Positions 43,851 to 56,104 of a stretch of 64,000 nt of DNA are shown here, in pieces. Position numbers and translations under genes: made by a program. The notes beneath the pieces were generated by a model. The model made no database searches. It was not told the DNA's origin and was given only the letters and a program-made list of their open reading frames with translations. How positions within the stretch are numbered: the stretch's first letter is position 1; each line of letters opens with the position of its first letter. Source of the stretch: the human T2T-CHM13v2.0 reference genome, Homo sapiens; assembly GCF_009914755.1 (NCBI RefSeq), contig NC_060931.1. The stretch is one strand, 5' to 3'.

Positions 43851-45959
43851 GAGGCCTCAGCTGATCCTGTGGGTCCCCCTCCTGTGCTTCCTGGACCCGA
43901 GAGGGCCAATCAGGCCCTTCTAGAAAGGCAGATCGTGAGCGGCACTTCCAGCCCATCTGATGAAGGCTGTGGCGGCGATGGCCCTCGGTCAGAGAAGCCA
44001 CAGAAGGCAGGAGGGAGAACTGACATAGCCACCTGCGGGGGCGGGGCCCAGCGAGGGCTAGGGGACGCCATACCCAGAAGTCCTGCTTCCCGGATCTGCT
44101 CATGAGGCTCCTGCCCTGGCTCCCTGCCCCTGAATCTCTGTCAGGAAGCCCCCTCTGCGTTTAGGACAGTGTGAGAAATGTCCCATAGCCCTAATCAAAC
44201 CTGGCTTGTAAGGCAGCAGCCTTCTAACCCCTGCAAAACTCCAATTTCCTGAGTGGTGTCGGGTGAAAGAAATCATATACAAGGGAAGAGAAAGGCAAGA
44301 TGGTCCCTTCTGTGGGTCGCATGGCCCCCCACACGCAGCTGGGTGAGCTGGGAGCCCGGGCGAGACTGAGGGTCCGGCTGGATTCTGTTTCTCTGCGCAC
44401 CGGGTCTGGGGCCCGACAGTCCTTTTCAAGAGGCAGATCTGGATGGGTGGGAAAAGGTGCCTTCCCCACCCTGTGAAGGGAAGAAAGAGGGAATCTTAAA
44501 CATGGGCAATGTTACAACACACTCAGATGCACCAAAATGTCACCCAACAGACTTCCCAAGGGATTAGAAGGTGCTGGACGATTAGGGAGATGGCGGGAAC
44601 AAAGTAAAAGAAACTCCCGTCTACCGAGAATCTAGGAGTCCAAGTACAGGGGCGCGCCTCCTCCCCAGCCCCGCCCCTCCCACGCACCGTGAGGCTGACA
44701 CCTCATCCCACCCGTCCTGGGCGATGGGGGCCTTTTTTCTACCTCAGCCACCAGGCCTTCCTAGTGAAGCAGGGTGTCACTTAGTAGTTACCTTAGTGAC
44801 TACCTGAGCAGAGCCCCAAACCATCAGACGTTTGGCTGCCTTCAGTGCCAGCTGCTCTTTCTGCAAAAGTGTGTGCTGCCTTCCTTCTGCCAGCCCCTTC
44901 AGACGCTCAGGGCAGGGCAAGGTGCTGCCCAGCTGAGACGCAACAGCCAGGCCCGAGCCAGCCATGTGCTCCCCAAGAGTGGACCTCCCGGACCCCAGCT
45001 CTGATCGGGGCCCCCAGCCTATGCTGCAGCCTGATGCTCCCCTGCGCCCAGGCCTGGGTCATGTCCCTTCTCTCTTGCCCACATGCCCCCATCCAGCTGG
45101 CCAGCGAGGCCCTCTCCCCATGTGCCCCCTGCACCCCCAGCCTCTCAGACACTTGGACCCCCATCCACCCACCACTGACTCCTCATTAGGGAACAGGAAC
45201 CTCCCTCCCTGAAGGGGACTTATGCTGGAACTTAGGGTTTGTGTTTACAGGGGTAAAATGGACCCTGCCCCAGAGTCCCCCACTGTGAGAGCATCCCCAT
45301 GTGGAGAGCATGTAACCCCTGAAGCCCCCTACCCGGGGGGTGGGCCTTGCCCATGCCTCCTGCAGCTTCGGAGCCCCTGCGGAGCGCCGCCCATTCACTC
45401 CCTCATCCCACGAGCCTGGCTCCCAGGTCGGGAGGCCGAGTCTAATAGAGGAGGCAAACTCCACCCCTGCCACTACCAGAAGCTGAGGCTCCGGGGCCAC
45501 CGGCCGCCCAGGGACCTCCCAGGCCTGTCACAGGCTGTGCACCCTGCACACTGCGGGGCCACTACCTAGGTGCCTGCTAGCTCCTTCCTTGCCCTCCCTC
45601 TTGCCTTCCTTCTGTCTTTACGAGACCTAGTGGTCCTGAGAGGCTCACCTCCACCTCCCAGAACCTTCTGACCAGTGCATTCCTAGGGGGTCTCAGCCCT
45701 CATGGCAGCCCTGCCCGTCTCCAGAGCCCCCCATTCTTCAGTCTTGGCTCCCTGCACCCCACCCCCCTGCTAGGACTGAGCCCCACTGGCCACCTGGGCC
45801 AGGCTGTCCCTGGCTGTTCCCATGGGCACCTTCTGTCCCCAGTCCTCTTCCCATTCAAATTGCTTTGTGGGACTGGCTAAGTTTCAAAGGGAAAGAAAAC
45901 AAAGGCACAGTCCATAGCCAGAGCCTCTGGCCCCCGGGTGCTCTCTCTTCATACCCATC

Positions 45960-46140
45960 AACATGTGTGTCTGCGTGGTATGTTTGTGGGCATGCATGTA
46001 CGTGCGTGGCTTGTCTGTGTTCACACGTGTGTTCACACGTGTGTGCATGTGTGCCTGTGGGGTGTGCGTTCACACGCGCGTATCATGCATGTGCATGTGG
46101 AGTGTGTGCGCCTATGCCTGTGTGTGCACACAGGTGTGTG
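45960..46140. repeat. Degenerate (TG/CA)-rich alternating purine-pyrimidine tract
   Basis: Direct reading. Confidence 0.85.
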
Positions 46141-48139
46141 GGGTGGGAGCTGTCTCTCCGCACTCTCTCCTTTAGCCTTCCTGACTCTCTGCCAGGACAC
46201 CCTACGCTCCCACTCTCCAGGAAGAACAGCACTGAGACCCTACAGAATACCCCAGGGAGCGAACCCGGGGAATCCTGCCACCCCTGGAGTGAGGACAGCT
46301 GTCACCTGGGAGGGCAGTGCTGCTTTTCTCCCCCCTCCGTCCAGCACCAGCCTCCACCTGGCCAGTGGCCTTTCTATGCCTGCGCTGGTTCCTCTTTCAC
46401 TGGTGACATGAGGGCGAGTCACCAGCTCCATCTGGGACAGGCCTCCCAGCGAACTCCTGGCCCCTTCCCCTCCCAACCCCCTGCCCTGGCAAGCTCAGAG
46501 CACAGACATGAGCCAGGTAGGGGGGGTCTCAGCCTCACTCCATACTGCCCACCACGGAACTGCCTGGCAGGAAAGAGGCCTCGGATGCCCCCAGCTCTTT
46601 ACGAGTCTCGGGCCACTAGTGCTGACTCTCACGGGAACCCTGGGAGACTAGAAGAGCTGTTATCACCACCAGCATCTGACAAGTAAGGACACGGAGGGAG
46701 GGCCGGGGAGCGTGAAGAGTGGCAGAGTGTGCCTCCCCAAAACACGCCCCTTCAGCATAAGGATGATGTCGAGTTAAAAGGCACGCAAAAAACAGGTGCG
46801 AGCAGTGCACCCTGACCTTCCCTTCTTTCCTGAAAGCAGGAGATCAAGAAACAGAAACATTCTTATCACCAGAGGTGGAGCTGAGGCCAAGGGAAACCTG
46901 TGCGGACAGACCCTGTGAGATGGGCCCGGACTGCTGTGCCCCTTCCCCACGACGAGCTGCTCTCCCAAGCCCCTCATCTCGCTGCATTTGCTGATTTGCT
47001 TCTTTGTCCACCCATCCCAATGTCCTCAGGTGGGACCTGAGTTAGAGACATGGGGTTTACATGCCCCATCCAGCATCTCAGGGACCTGGGTGACCCTCCC
47101 TCCACGCGAATGTGAGCCCTTCCCTGCTCCCCTGGTCTTGGAGCCCCGGGGCCGCCTCTACCCCCACAACCCCAAATGGGGCCCCTGGCCTGGCTCTCCT
47201 ATGGGGTTGAGCACAGCGAAGCCTGATCAGGGCTGCCCTGACTCCAGCCCCGTCGCCCGGAGCCTGCCCCTCCCATCTTCTGCGGCTTCGCTGAGCATCA
47301 GGTGCTGGTAGCAATGCACCCCAACCGCTTGCCGCAGGGGTCGGACCTGCCCTGGAGCAGGGCAGAGGCTGGCCGAGACTGAGCCAGGAACATCTAGACC
47401 CCAGCATGGGGGATCACACCCAACAGGTCCTCCGGCCAGGCACACCGTTAGGTCCTTCACAGCAACAGCAGCAGGGATGGTCACGGTCGCGGCGGCTAAG
47501 GGCTGCCTGGCAGCACTGTTCACGCATCTTCCATTGATTCACCAAATCCCTACCACAAGCCCACGGACGGGGCAACTTCATACCATAATCCCTAATCTAA
47601 AACCTTGGGACAATGCGTTCGAGGATTTTTTGGCTTACAGACACACTCCTGCATCTGCAGGAAAGGCGTGAGAACCCCCAGGCACCGGGATGTTCGAAGC
47701 ACACACAGTCACATGTCTCTTCAGGCCAGACTCTGCCACCAGGCGTTTTCGTGCCAAGCTTAAGAAAAAACTTCTCAATTTTTGGAACTTTTTGGATTTA
47801 GGAATTAAGAAGGGGCGTAATCCTCCCTGTACATGTGAGGAAACAGGCCCACAGAGGCTGGGTGGCTTGTCCAGGGGAGGCAACGGAGACGGGGCAGCAA
47901 CCCCACGTCCCACACGGCCACACCATTACAGCGCTATGTGCTTCCTCTATCCTGGTTGTCAGCTTATAGCATGATGGGCCACTTCCCAGTCCCCAACCCA
48001 TGAGGACGGAGCCCAGGAGGCTGCCGGCGTTCACCCTGACAGCACAAAGACAAACCAGGAAAACAGTCAACACCCGCTCCAGGCGCCCTGCAGGCAGGCT
48101 CCGCCCCAGCTCTGGCCCAGCATGCAGATTCAGAAGCTG

Positions 48140-48500
48140 AGTGTTATGGGCTGCATCATGCCCACCCCAGATTCACGTGTCGCAGCCCTACCCCACCCCT
48201 GTACCTATGAATGTGGCCTTTTTGAAAGAGGGTCTTTAAAAGAGGCAGTTGAGTTAAAATGAGTTCATAGGGGGGCCCTAATCCAGTATGACTGGTGTCC
48301 TTCTAAGAAGAGATTAGGGGACACACACACACACACACACACACACGAGGACAGGGAGAAGGCAGCATCTGCAGGTTAAGGAGAGGCCTCACGGAAACCA
48401 GTACTGAGGACTCCTTATCTTGGATTCCCAGCCCCAGGACCGCAAGGCCTCCGTGGCGCTTGCCAGGCCCCCATCTGCAGCGCTTTGTTATGCAGCCGAA
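48140..48500 (+). mobile_element. MLT1A/B-type LTR containing (CA)n at about 48321-48346
   Basis: tgttatgggctg...ccctaatccagtatgactggtgtcctt...ttgttatgcagcc. Confidence 0.7.
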
Positions 48501-48583
48501 TCACAGATACCCAGGGCAGGGCGGCAGTGCAGGGGGTGACCTGGGCTCCCCTGGCTGCTGGGCGGGGACCAGGACAGTCTCAC

Positions 48584-49004
48584 CTCCAGACAGATGACGG
48601 AGCCCCGGTGCTCCCGGAACACCCGCAGCTGCTCCCCACTCAGGATGTCCCAGGCACGGATGGTGGCGTCGGTGCTGCCTGTGAAGGCCGTGTGGCCGGG
48701 CGTGTCTAGCACTAGGCACAGCACTGCACCCGTGTGGCCCCGCAGCGTCTGGTGGCAGCAGCCGCTGGCCACCTGCCACACCTTGGCTGTGCCATCTGTG
48801 CTGCCGGTCACCAGAAGCCCCCCGGCCGCGGCCTCCTCCGCGCAGGGAGTGCTGGGGAGGTCCCACGGGGCAGAGTAGGCTAGGGTCAGCACGCAGTTGC
48901 GGTGGCCCCGGAACTCCCGGGACATCTGCCCCTTGTCCACACTCCAGACCCGAGCTGTCCGGTCATAGGAGCTGCTGAAGAGCTGGTTGTTGGCAACCAG
49001 GATC
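48584..49004 (-). CDS. WDR86: WDR86 exon 3: ILVANNQLFSSSYDRTARVWS...EHRGSVICLE
   Basis: ccccag acceptor, gtgaga donor; 421 nt; about three WD40 repeats (ORF 48488-48940). Confidence 0.96.
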
Positions 49005-50212
49005 CTGGGGGCAAGAGGGAAGGGGTCAGGGATCAGAAGGCACGGGTTCCAGAATCCACACAGCCTCCCGACATGCCATGCTCGGCACTGCAGCTAAAAT
49101 AACCTCTCCCTGTGTCTGCCCAGCTTGCCACACTCGTCTTCCAAGGTCCAGCTCAAATCGCCCCCACCTCCAGGAAGCTACCCTGACTCCCCTCATGCCC
49201 ACCCTTCCTTGCCTGCCCCTGGGCATGTACCTGTAGCAGGGACCAAGCTTAGATGCTCCGCTGGGATCCCTCCAGCATCCCCACAGCAGCTCTGCAGGAG
49301 CAGCGGGAAGGGGATGGGGGAGGAGGTAGGGGAGCAGCGGGAAGCGGGTGGGGGGGAAGGTAGGGGAGCACGGCCCTCTCAGCTTGCCCGGAGTTGAAAA
49401 GCTTCTGGGGATTTAGGGTTTTCAGCCTAAGACTGAGAAAGTCCAGGGCAGAGTGGGACACGCTGGTCACCCTGGGAACAGGGCCGGCTCAAGTGGCTGG
49501 GCCAGGGCACTTCAGATGAGGGCCCTGAGAAGCTGGAGAGCACTGGGAACTCCCATAGTGCACCCAGGGGTGCTTGTGGGAGGCACAGCCAGGGGTCACG
49601 CTACAGCCAGTGGGGGCCTCTGCTGCCAGCTCTCACAGCAATCCCCATGCAGACTGAGGTCACAGCCTCAACAGGGTTCTAGCCACATGGCTGGGAACTG
49701 GGGGTTGGGTAGCCAAGAGAGTCCATCCATTCAGTGCAACTGACCAACATGGGAGACCAAGGCCCCCACACTGTATTCACGACTCTTATTTTCATTTTGA
49801 TGGAAGCCAAGAACTCCCCAGAAAAACACACATTTGTCTTTAGTGCAGAGCTTTGCACAGAACCTCAGAAGGTCTGAGCACACACCCTTGGTAAGAAGCC
49901 CTGCACCTCAGGAGAGGAGACCGCCAAGGGGTGCGGCCGTGGCTGCACTGTAACAAGGTGCATCCCTGCCGGGGTGGGACCCTCCTGAATCAGGACCACG
50001 GCCGGCCCTGCTGCTCCTCCCGTCCTCCCGCGAAGGGCTTGCTGGCCAGCCTGGCATGGACAGGAGACCCACTCGGGACAAGCCTGCTGCCTCCCGCCTC
50101 CACAGGATCCCAACAGCATTCCTCACTTCCCGCAAGCAGCTCAACAACACATGACTCCACTCAAATGCCAACTATCCCTTTCCAACTGGCTTCTTCCCTG
50201 AGACCCAGATAG

Positions 50213-50698
<486 letters not shown>

Positions 50699-50909
50699 CC
50701 TTGGGGTATGGAGGGGGTGGCTGAGTCCTGCCTGGTGTGAGAAGGCAGGGATGCCAGGCCACTGAACGATCGGTGACCCCAAAGCTCACAGGCCTGACCT
50801 GGCTCTGAAAACTCGGGAGGAAGTGAGTTCCTGATTTATGAGGACAGTTACTTAATCATGCAAATATCTACACAAAGCTATGGGTTTGGAGCTGTGACCG
50901 ATCCAAAAT

Positions 50910-51578
50910 AGTGTGTGTGTTTGTATATGTTGTGAGCACATGTGAACATGTGTGCATATGTGTATATGTGCATGTGTGTTGTGTGCACAATGTGTGCCTG
51001 CATGTACTTTGTGTGTATATGTGTATGTTTTGTTGCTTGTGTAAGTTGTGTGTCTACGTGTGTGCATGTGTGTGTTGTGTGTGCATATGTGTGTGTAAGT
51101 TGTGTGTATGGGTGCATATGTATGTTGTGTGTATGTGTGTAAGTTGCATGTGCATGTGTAAGTTGTGTATGAGTGTATATGTATGTTGTGTATGTGTGCA
51201 CATGTGTATGTGTAAGTTGTGTGTATGGGTGTATATGTATGTTGTGCGTGTGTGCACGTGTAAGTTGTGTATGAGTGTATGTGTGTGCACATGTGTATGT
51301 GTAAGGTGTGTATGTGTATATGTATGTGTGCGCACGTGTGTATGTGTAAGTTTGTGTATGAGTGTGTATGTATGTTGTGTATGCACGTGTATATGTGTAA
51401 GTTGTTTGTATGGTGTATGTGTATATGTATGTGTGCGCACGTGTGTATGTGTAAGTTTGTGTATGAGTGTGTATGTATGTTGTGTATGCACGTGTATATG
51501 TGTAAGTTGTGTGTATGGTGTATATGTATGTTGTGTGTGTGCGCACATGTGTATGTGTAAGTTGTGTGTGCACATGTG
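50910..51578. repeat. About 670-bp degenerate (TG/TATG)n tract with higher-order duplication
   Basis: Direct reading; recurrent tgtaagttgtg motif. Confidence 0.95.
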
Positions 51579-52931
51579 AGAGTAAATCTGGCCGAGCATG
51601 ATTTCTACCTTTAATGTTCCAGTTTTGCTTTTGAGAAGCATCTGACAGTTGTGGGTTTGGCAGCTGAGGGCCCACTGGTCACTGCAGGCAGGCCTTCTCC
51701 CCGCTGAGCCCATTGCAGCCTCTGCCTGACTCACAGGAGGGCGCTCCCCCAGCCCTACTCTCTTCTTTCATGGCAAACTTCTTTCTCAGGGAAGTCAGAG
51801 TGCTGGGAAGAGGCCAGTGGAGCTGTGAGCCCTGAGTTCTCACTCTAGCCCCTTCTTTACCACCTTGTGGGCTGCCTGGGCAGGTCTCAGGGCCTCACCT
51901 GCTTCAGCTGAGGAAGGCCGGGGCCAGACGGCCACCCTACCTTGTGTCTGCATATACCCCCCATTCACTCTAAAAAGTCCCCGCATCCCTTCAGCCTCCT
52001 CCTCAGGGTGTCACCCAGCTCCCCGTCCATCGACTATCGATTATTATTCCTGGCTGCAGCCACCTGGGACTCCAGCGAGCTGGGCTGATGGGTCTCACTG
52101 CCTTTCCTGTCCCCCCATGCGCTGGTCCACTGACTGGGGGTTCCTGTCAGAGCTCAACCAGCAGCATTCCTCTGGTGGGGTTCATCCTGTCTGGTCTGCG
52201 CCCCCAGCCCCACCTTCAGGACCCCCTCGTGCCAGCCTGCGCCAGCCCTGTCTTTACTTGGGTCACCCTCCAGGCAGCGCCCCTCCTCCAGTGCAGCTGC
52301 CAGGCCCAGGGGCGCCAGGAGGCCTCCCTCGGGAGTCCGAGGTGACCACCACAAGTGACTCCAACAGTGTCCAACTGATCTGATCAGCAAAGGAATTTCC
52401 ATTGCTCAGCTCAGACCCAAATTCATTGAGAAAGGAACAATTCCAACCTTCTTGAGAAGGAGGGGCTGGGATATTTTCCACAGCTACAAAGAAAGGAGAG
52501 GCTTAAAAATATCCTCAACTCCGTCTTCGGAACAATCCCCCACACTCCTCCTCCTGCAAACCTTTGGTCCACCATCGGGTCTCAATTAAGCCATTTCCTG
52601 TGGAATTTGTCCCCATCCCTACGAGCTGTAGGCTCTGGTGCTTTTCCCTGCACCCAGCGGGGAGCCACTGTGCCCCCAAGGGGGAAGCATCAGGCTCCGT
52701 TCAGTGGATGGGCAGTGCCTCCCTGCCCCACATGCAGCCGCAGGCACTGAGCTCGCTGCCTGTCCTGGGTCCACGTCGCTGGGTGCTACTGACCACCTCC
52801 CAGCTGTCCACGTTTTTGCTTCCCCAGAGAGCCAAGGGCCCTCACGTGCAGGGGCCCATATCTCTGACCCCTCAGCCCCACCAGAAGCCTATGTATGGTG
52901 AGACTCAGCCCAAGCCCCCAGCCAGGCTGAC

Positions 52932-53073
52932 CTGTTCACGATGGACGTGTGTCCTCGGTACACCTGCAGACACTGCCCGGTCAGCACGTCCCACCTCCTG
53001 ATGGTGCAGTCGGCGCTGCATGTGAAGGCAGCCTCATCCTCCAGCTGGCAGAAGGTCACATAGCTTTCGTGTC
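52932..53073 (-). CDS. WDR86: WDR86 exon 2: GHESYVTFCQLEDEAAFTCSADCTIRRWD...GHTSIVN
   Basis: tctgcag acceptor, gtcagc donor; 142 nt; GH...WD repeat. Confidence 0.95.
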
Positions 53074-53173
53074 CTGCAGATGAGGGACAGGGGAGATGTG
53101 AGCGTACTGGGGATGCCAGCTCCTGCTTTTCTTCTGGGAACAATGTTTGAAAAGGGAAGAAAGCAGGATGTAG

Positions 53174-53513
<340 letters not shown>

Positions 53514-53579
53514 CCTCAACTCATCCTTCTTAAAGAATGACTTCAGTCTGAGTGATTCTCAGAAAGCACGGGGTACCAG

Positions 53580-54166
53580 TGAGGCACGACAGATAGTCAG
53601 GGAAGTAACCATGTCCTCAGGACGCAGCAACCATGGCGACTGCGCCGTCAACACAATAAGCCCCAGCATTCGCACTGCAGGCAAGCTCATTCAAGCAAAG
53701 CTATCTTCAGTAGGGACTTTCCCCTGTAGAGAGCACGTGCACTTTGATTTTTACCGGTCCTCACAGTGACCCTTTGCTCATTACAATAGTAAAAAACACA
53801 CCCCTGGATGGAGATTTAAGATGCCAGTGAGACATGTGACGTATGAACAGGGATGCACAGCCACTGTGCATGAGCACCCAGAACATGCTTCCCAGCAACC
53901 CCCTTGCCCACCTGCTCATGAATAATCAGGTAAGACTCCTAAAAAGGGATCCTCCCTCCAGCCGGTCTTTGCTCTCTCATCCTCACAGGCAGCCTACCCT
54001 GACTCCCCTCTTGGGGCGTCCTGCCTATTCTGCACCTAACTTTCAGGGTATTCTTCCTCCTGTGCAATACATTGCTCTATGCTGCATCTCCTTTGCTGTG
54101 TGTCTCCTGTTTCAATTCTGTTAAACTAAGAAGACAAGAACTGAGGTTTCACAGCAGCCATCAACA
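53580..54166 (+). mobile_element. ERV1-class solo LTR (MER41/MER51-like group; subfamily uncertain)
   Basis: TG...CA termini, near-matching 4-bp TSD (ccag/gcag), TATA-like and degenerate poly(A) elements. Confidence 0.7.
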
Positions 54167-54436
54167 GCAGGAGCAATCCAGGGGCACTCGCCTGCACCCT
54201 AAACCCTCTGTTTCCTCAGCTTCCACTCTTGCCTTCCTCCCTCCTCTCCTTCCCTCCTCATTTCTTTATCATCTCCTTTTAGTCTTTTTCAAACCTTTCA
54301 GCTTTTGCATTCCACATTTCCTCACCTGGGATGGGGACAATGCCTGCCTCACGGGATGTAGCGCAGACTGAGGACAGAGGCAGCCGCAGAGGGAATGGCA
54401 CATGTTCGCTATTTTCCTTACACTGGGGAGAGATAC

Positions 54437-54878
54437 TGTGGTAGGCAGAATGACGGCCCCAAGACAGCAGGTCCTAATCCCTGGAACCTGTCAATGTGAC
54501 CTTACTTGGAAAGGGGTCTTTGTGGATGTGACGAGGTAAAGACTTTGACTGGGGAGATTATCCTAGATTATCCGGGGGGTCCTAAATACAACCGCAAGTG
54601 GCCAGGCGCGGTGGCTCACGCCTGTAATTCCAGCACTTTGGGAGGCCGAGGCGGGTGGATCACAAGGTCAGGAGTTCAAGATCAGCCTGGCTAAGATGGT
54701 GAAACCCCGTCTCTACTAAAAATACAAAAAATTAGCCGGGCGTGGTGGTGGGCGCCTGTAATCCCAGCTACTCGGGAGGCTGAGGCAGAGAACTGCTTGA
54801 ACCCGGAAGGCGGAGGTTGCAGTGAGCTGAGGTTGCACCACTGCACTCCAGCCTGGGTGACAGAGCAAAACTCTGCCT

Positions 54879-54931
<53 letters not shown>

Positions 54932-55232
54932 TCTCCACAAATGTCCTTACAAGAGAGAGGCCAGGGAGATGTGATATACTCGGAAGAGGAGGCCGTGAAG
55001 GTGAAGGCAGAGATGGATGTGGCCACGAGCGCAGGAATGCCAGCAGCCACTAGGGCTGGAAGAGGCCAGGAACCGACCGTTCCCTGCAGGGTTTAGATGT
55101 GGCCCTGCTGACACCCTGCTTTCATCCCAGGGACGCTCATTTCAGCCCTCTGGGTTCCAGCACTGTGAAGAATCAACTTCACTTGTTTCCAGGCACCAAG
55201 CATCCTCCTTTGTCACAGCAGCCCCAGGACAC
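54437..55232 (+). mobile_element. MLT1C/D LTR interrupted by AluS(+) 54600-54909 with an A-tail to (AT)n microsatellite
   Basis: tgtggtaggcagaat...gtcctaatccctggaacctg...gagattatcctagattatcc; Alu consensus inside. Confidence 0.8.
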
Positions 55233-55778
55233 TAACATAGACACAGAGACAACGAAACACAGCCTTGCCCTCCAAGGGAGCTCCAGGCCCAGAAGGGAAG
55301 ACAGTCAAGGGCAGCATGTGGTCAGCAGGGCTCGGCACCCCACTGGCAGCGGCTGGCTGGGGCTCGGGAGAGAAGCCTGAGCACTGGGGACCAGGAAGAG
55401 GGTGACTCGGTGCCCGTAGGGAGAACAGCGGCTAGGAAAGCAGGCGTGCAGGGACTGGCTCCATGGGGCACCTCCAGGCCAGAGTCTGAGTGATCGGTAG
55501 AGATGACTGATGAGGACGGGATGTGGCCAGAATGGAGGGCCAAGAGTGGAGGGCCATGCCAGGGTGTCTGGGGTCTCAGCACCTGAGCTACCCCACCAGC
55601 TGGTTGGGACTCTATCTCATGGGTGCAGTTAGATAGCTTGACTATCACCCTGGCTGCCAGATCAATGTTTATGCCTCAGGCATTGCTTAGCAGCCCTGGG
55701 GGCCCTCAGGGTCTCTGATCTTAGTAGGGCCTGCCCTTCAGGTAAAGATGGTGTGTATACAGTTGTCCCCCAATATAT

Positions 55779-56104
55779 ACAGTTGCCCCCAATACCCATC
55801 AGGGATTAGTTCCAGGATCCCCTGCAGATACCAAACTCCACAACGCTCAGGTCCCTGTGGTGTAGTATTTGCCCATAACCTATGCAATCCTCCTGCATAC
55901 TTCAGTTCATCTCTAGGTTACTTATGACACCCACTGCGATGGCTACACATCGCTTCACTTGTGTGGATTCAGTGTAGGACTTGGTGAGCAGGGAAGCCAA
56001 ATTTTGCTTTTTGGAGCCTTGTGGAATTTTTTTTCCTGGATGTTTTTCATCTGTGGTTAGACGAACCCACAGGTGCAGAACGTGTTGGGCAGGAAGGCCC
56101 ACTG
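55779..56104 (+). mobile_element. MER2-like Tigger MITE, with about 20-bp duplication of its left end
   Basis: ta-cagttg...gattagttccaggatcccc...ggcccactg; tatacagttg(t/c)ccccaata x2. Confidence 0.7.

Noticed and set aside
45865-46686. 273-aa + strand ORF
   Set aside because: Spans a TG-rich tract and GC-rich intron; no recognisable homology
50852-51734. Long His/Thr/Tyr-rich and Cys/Val/Met-rich ORFs (up to 265 aa) on both strands
   Set aside because: Translations of the TG/CA simple repeat, which lacks stop codons by composition
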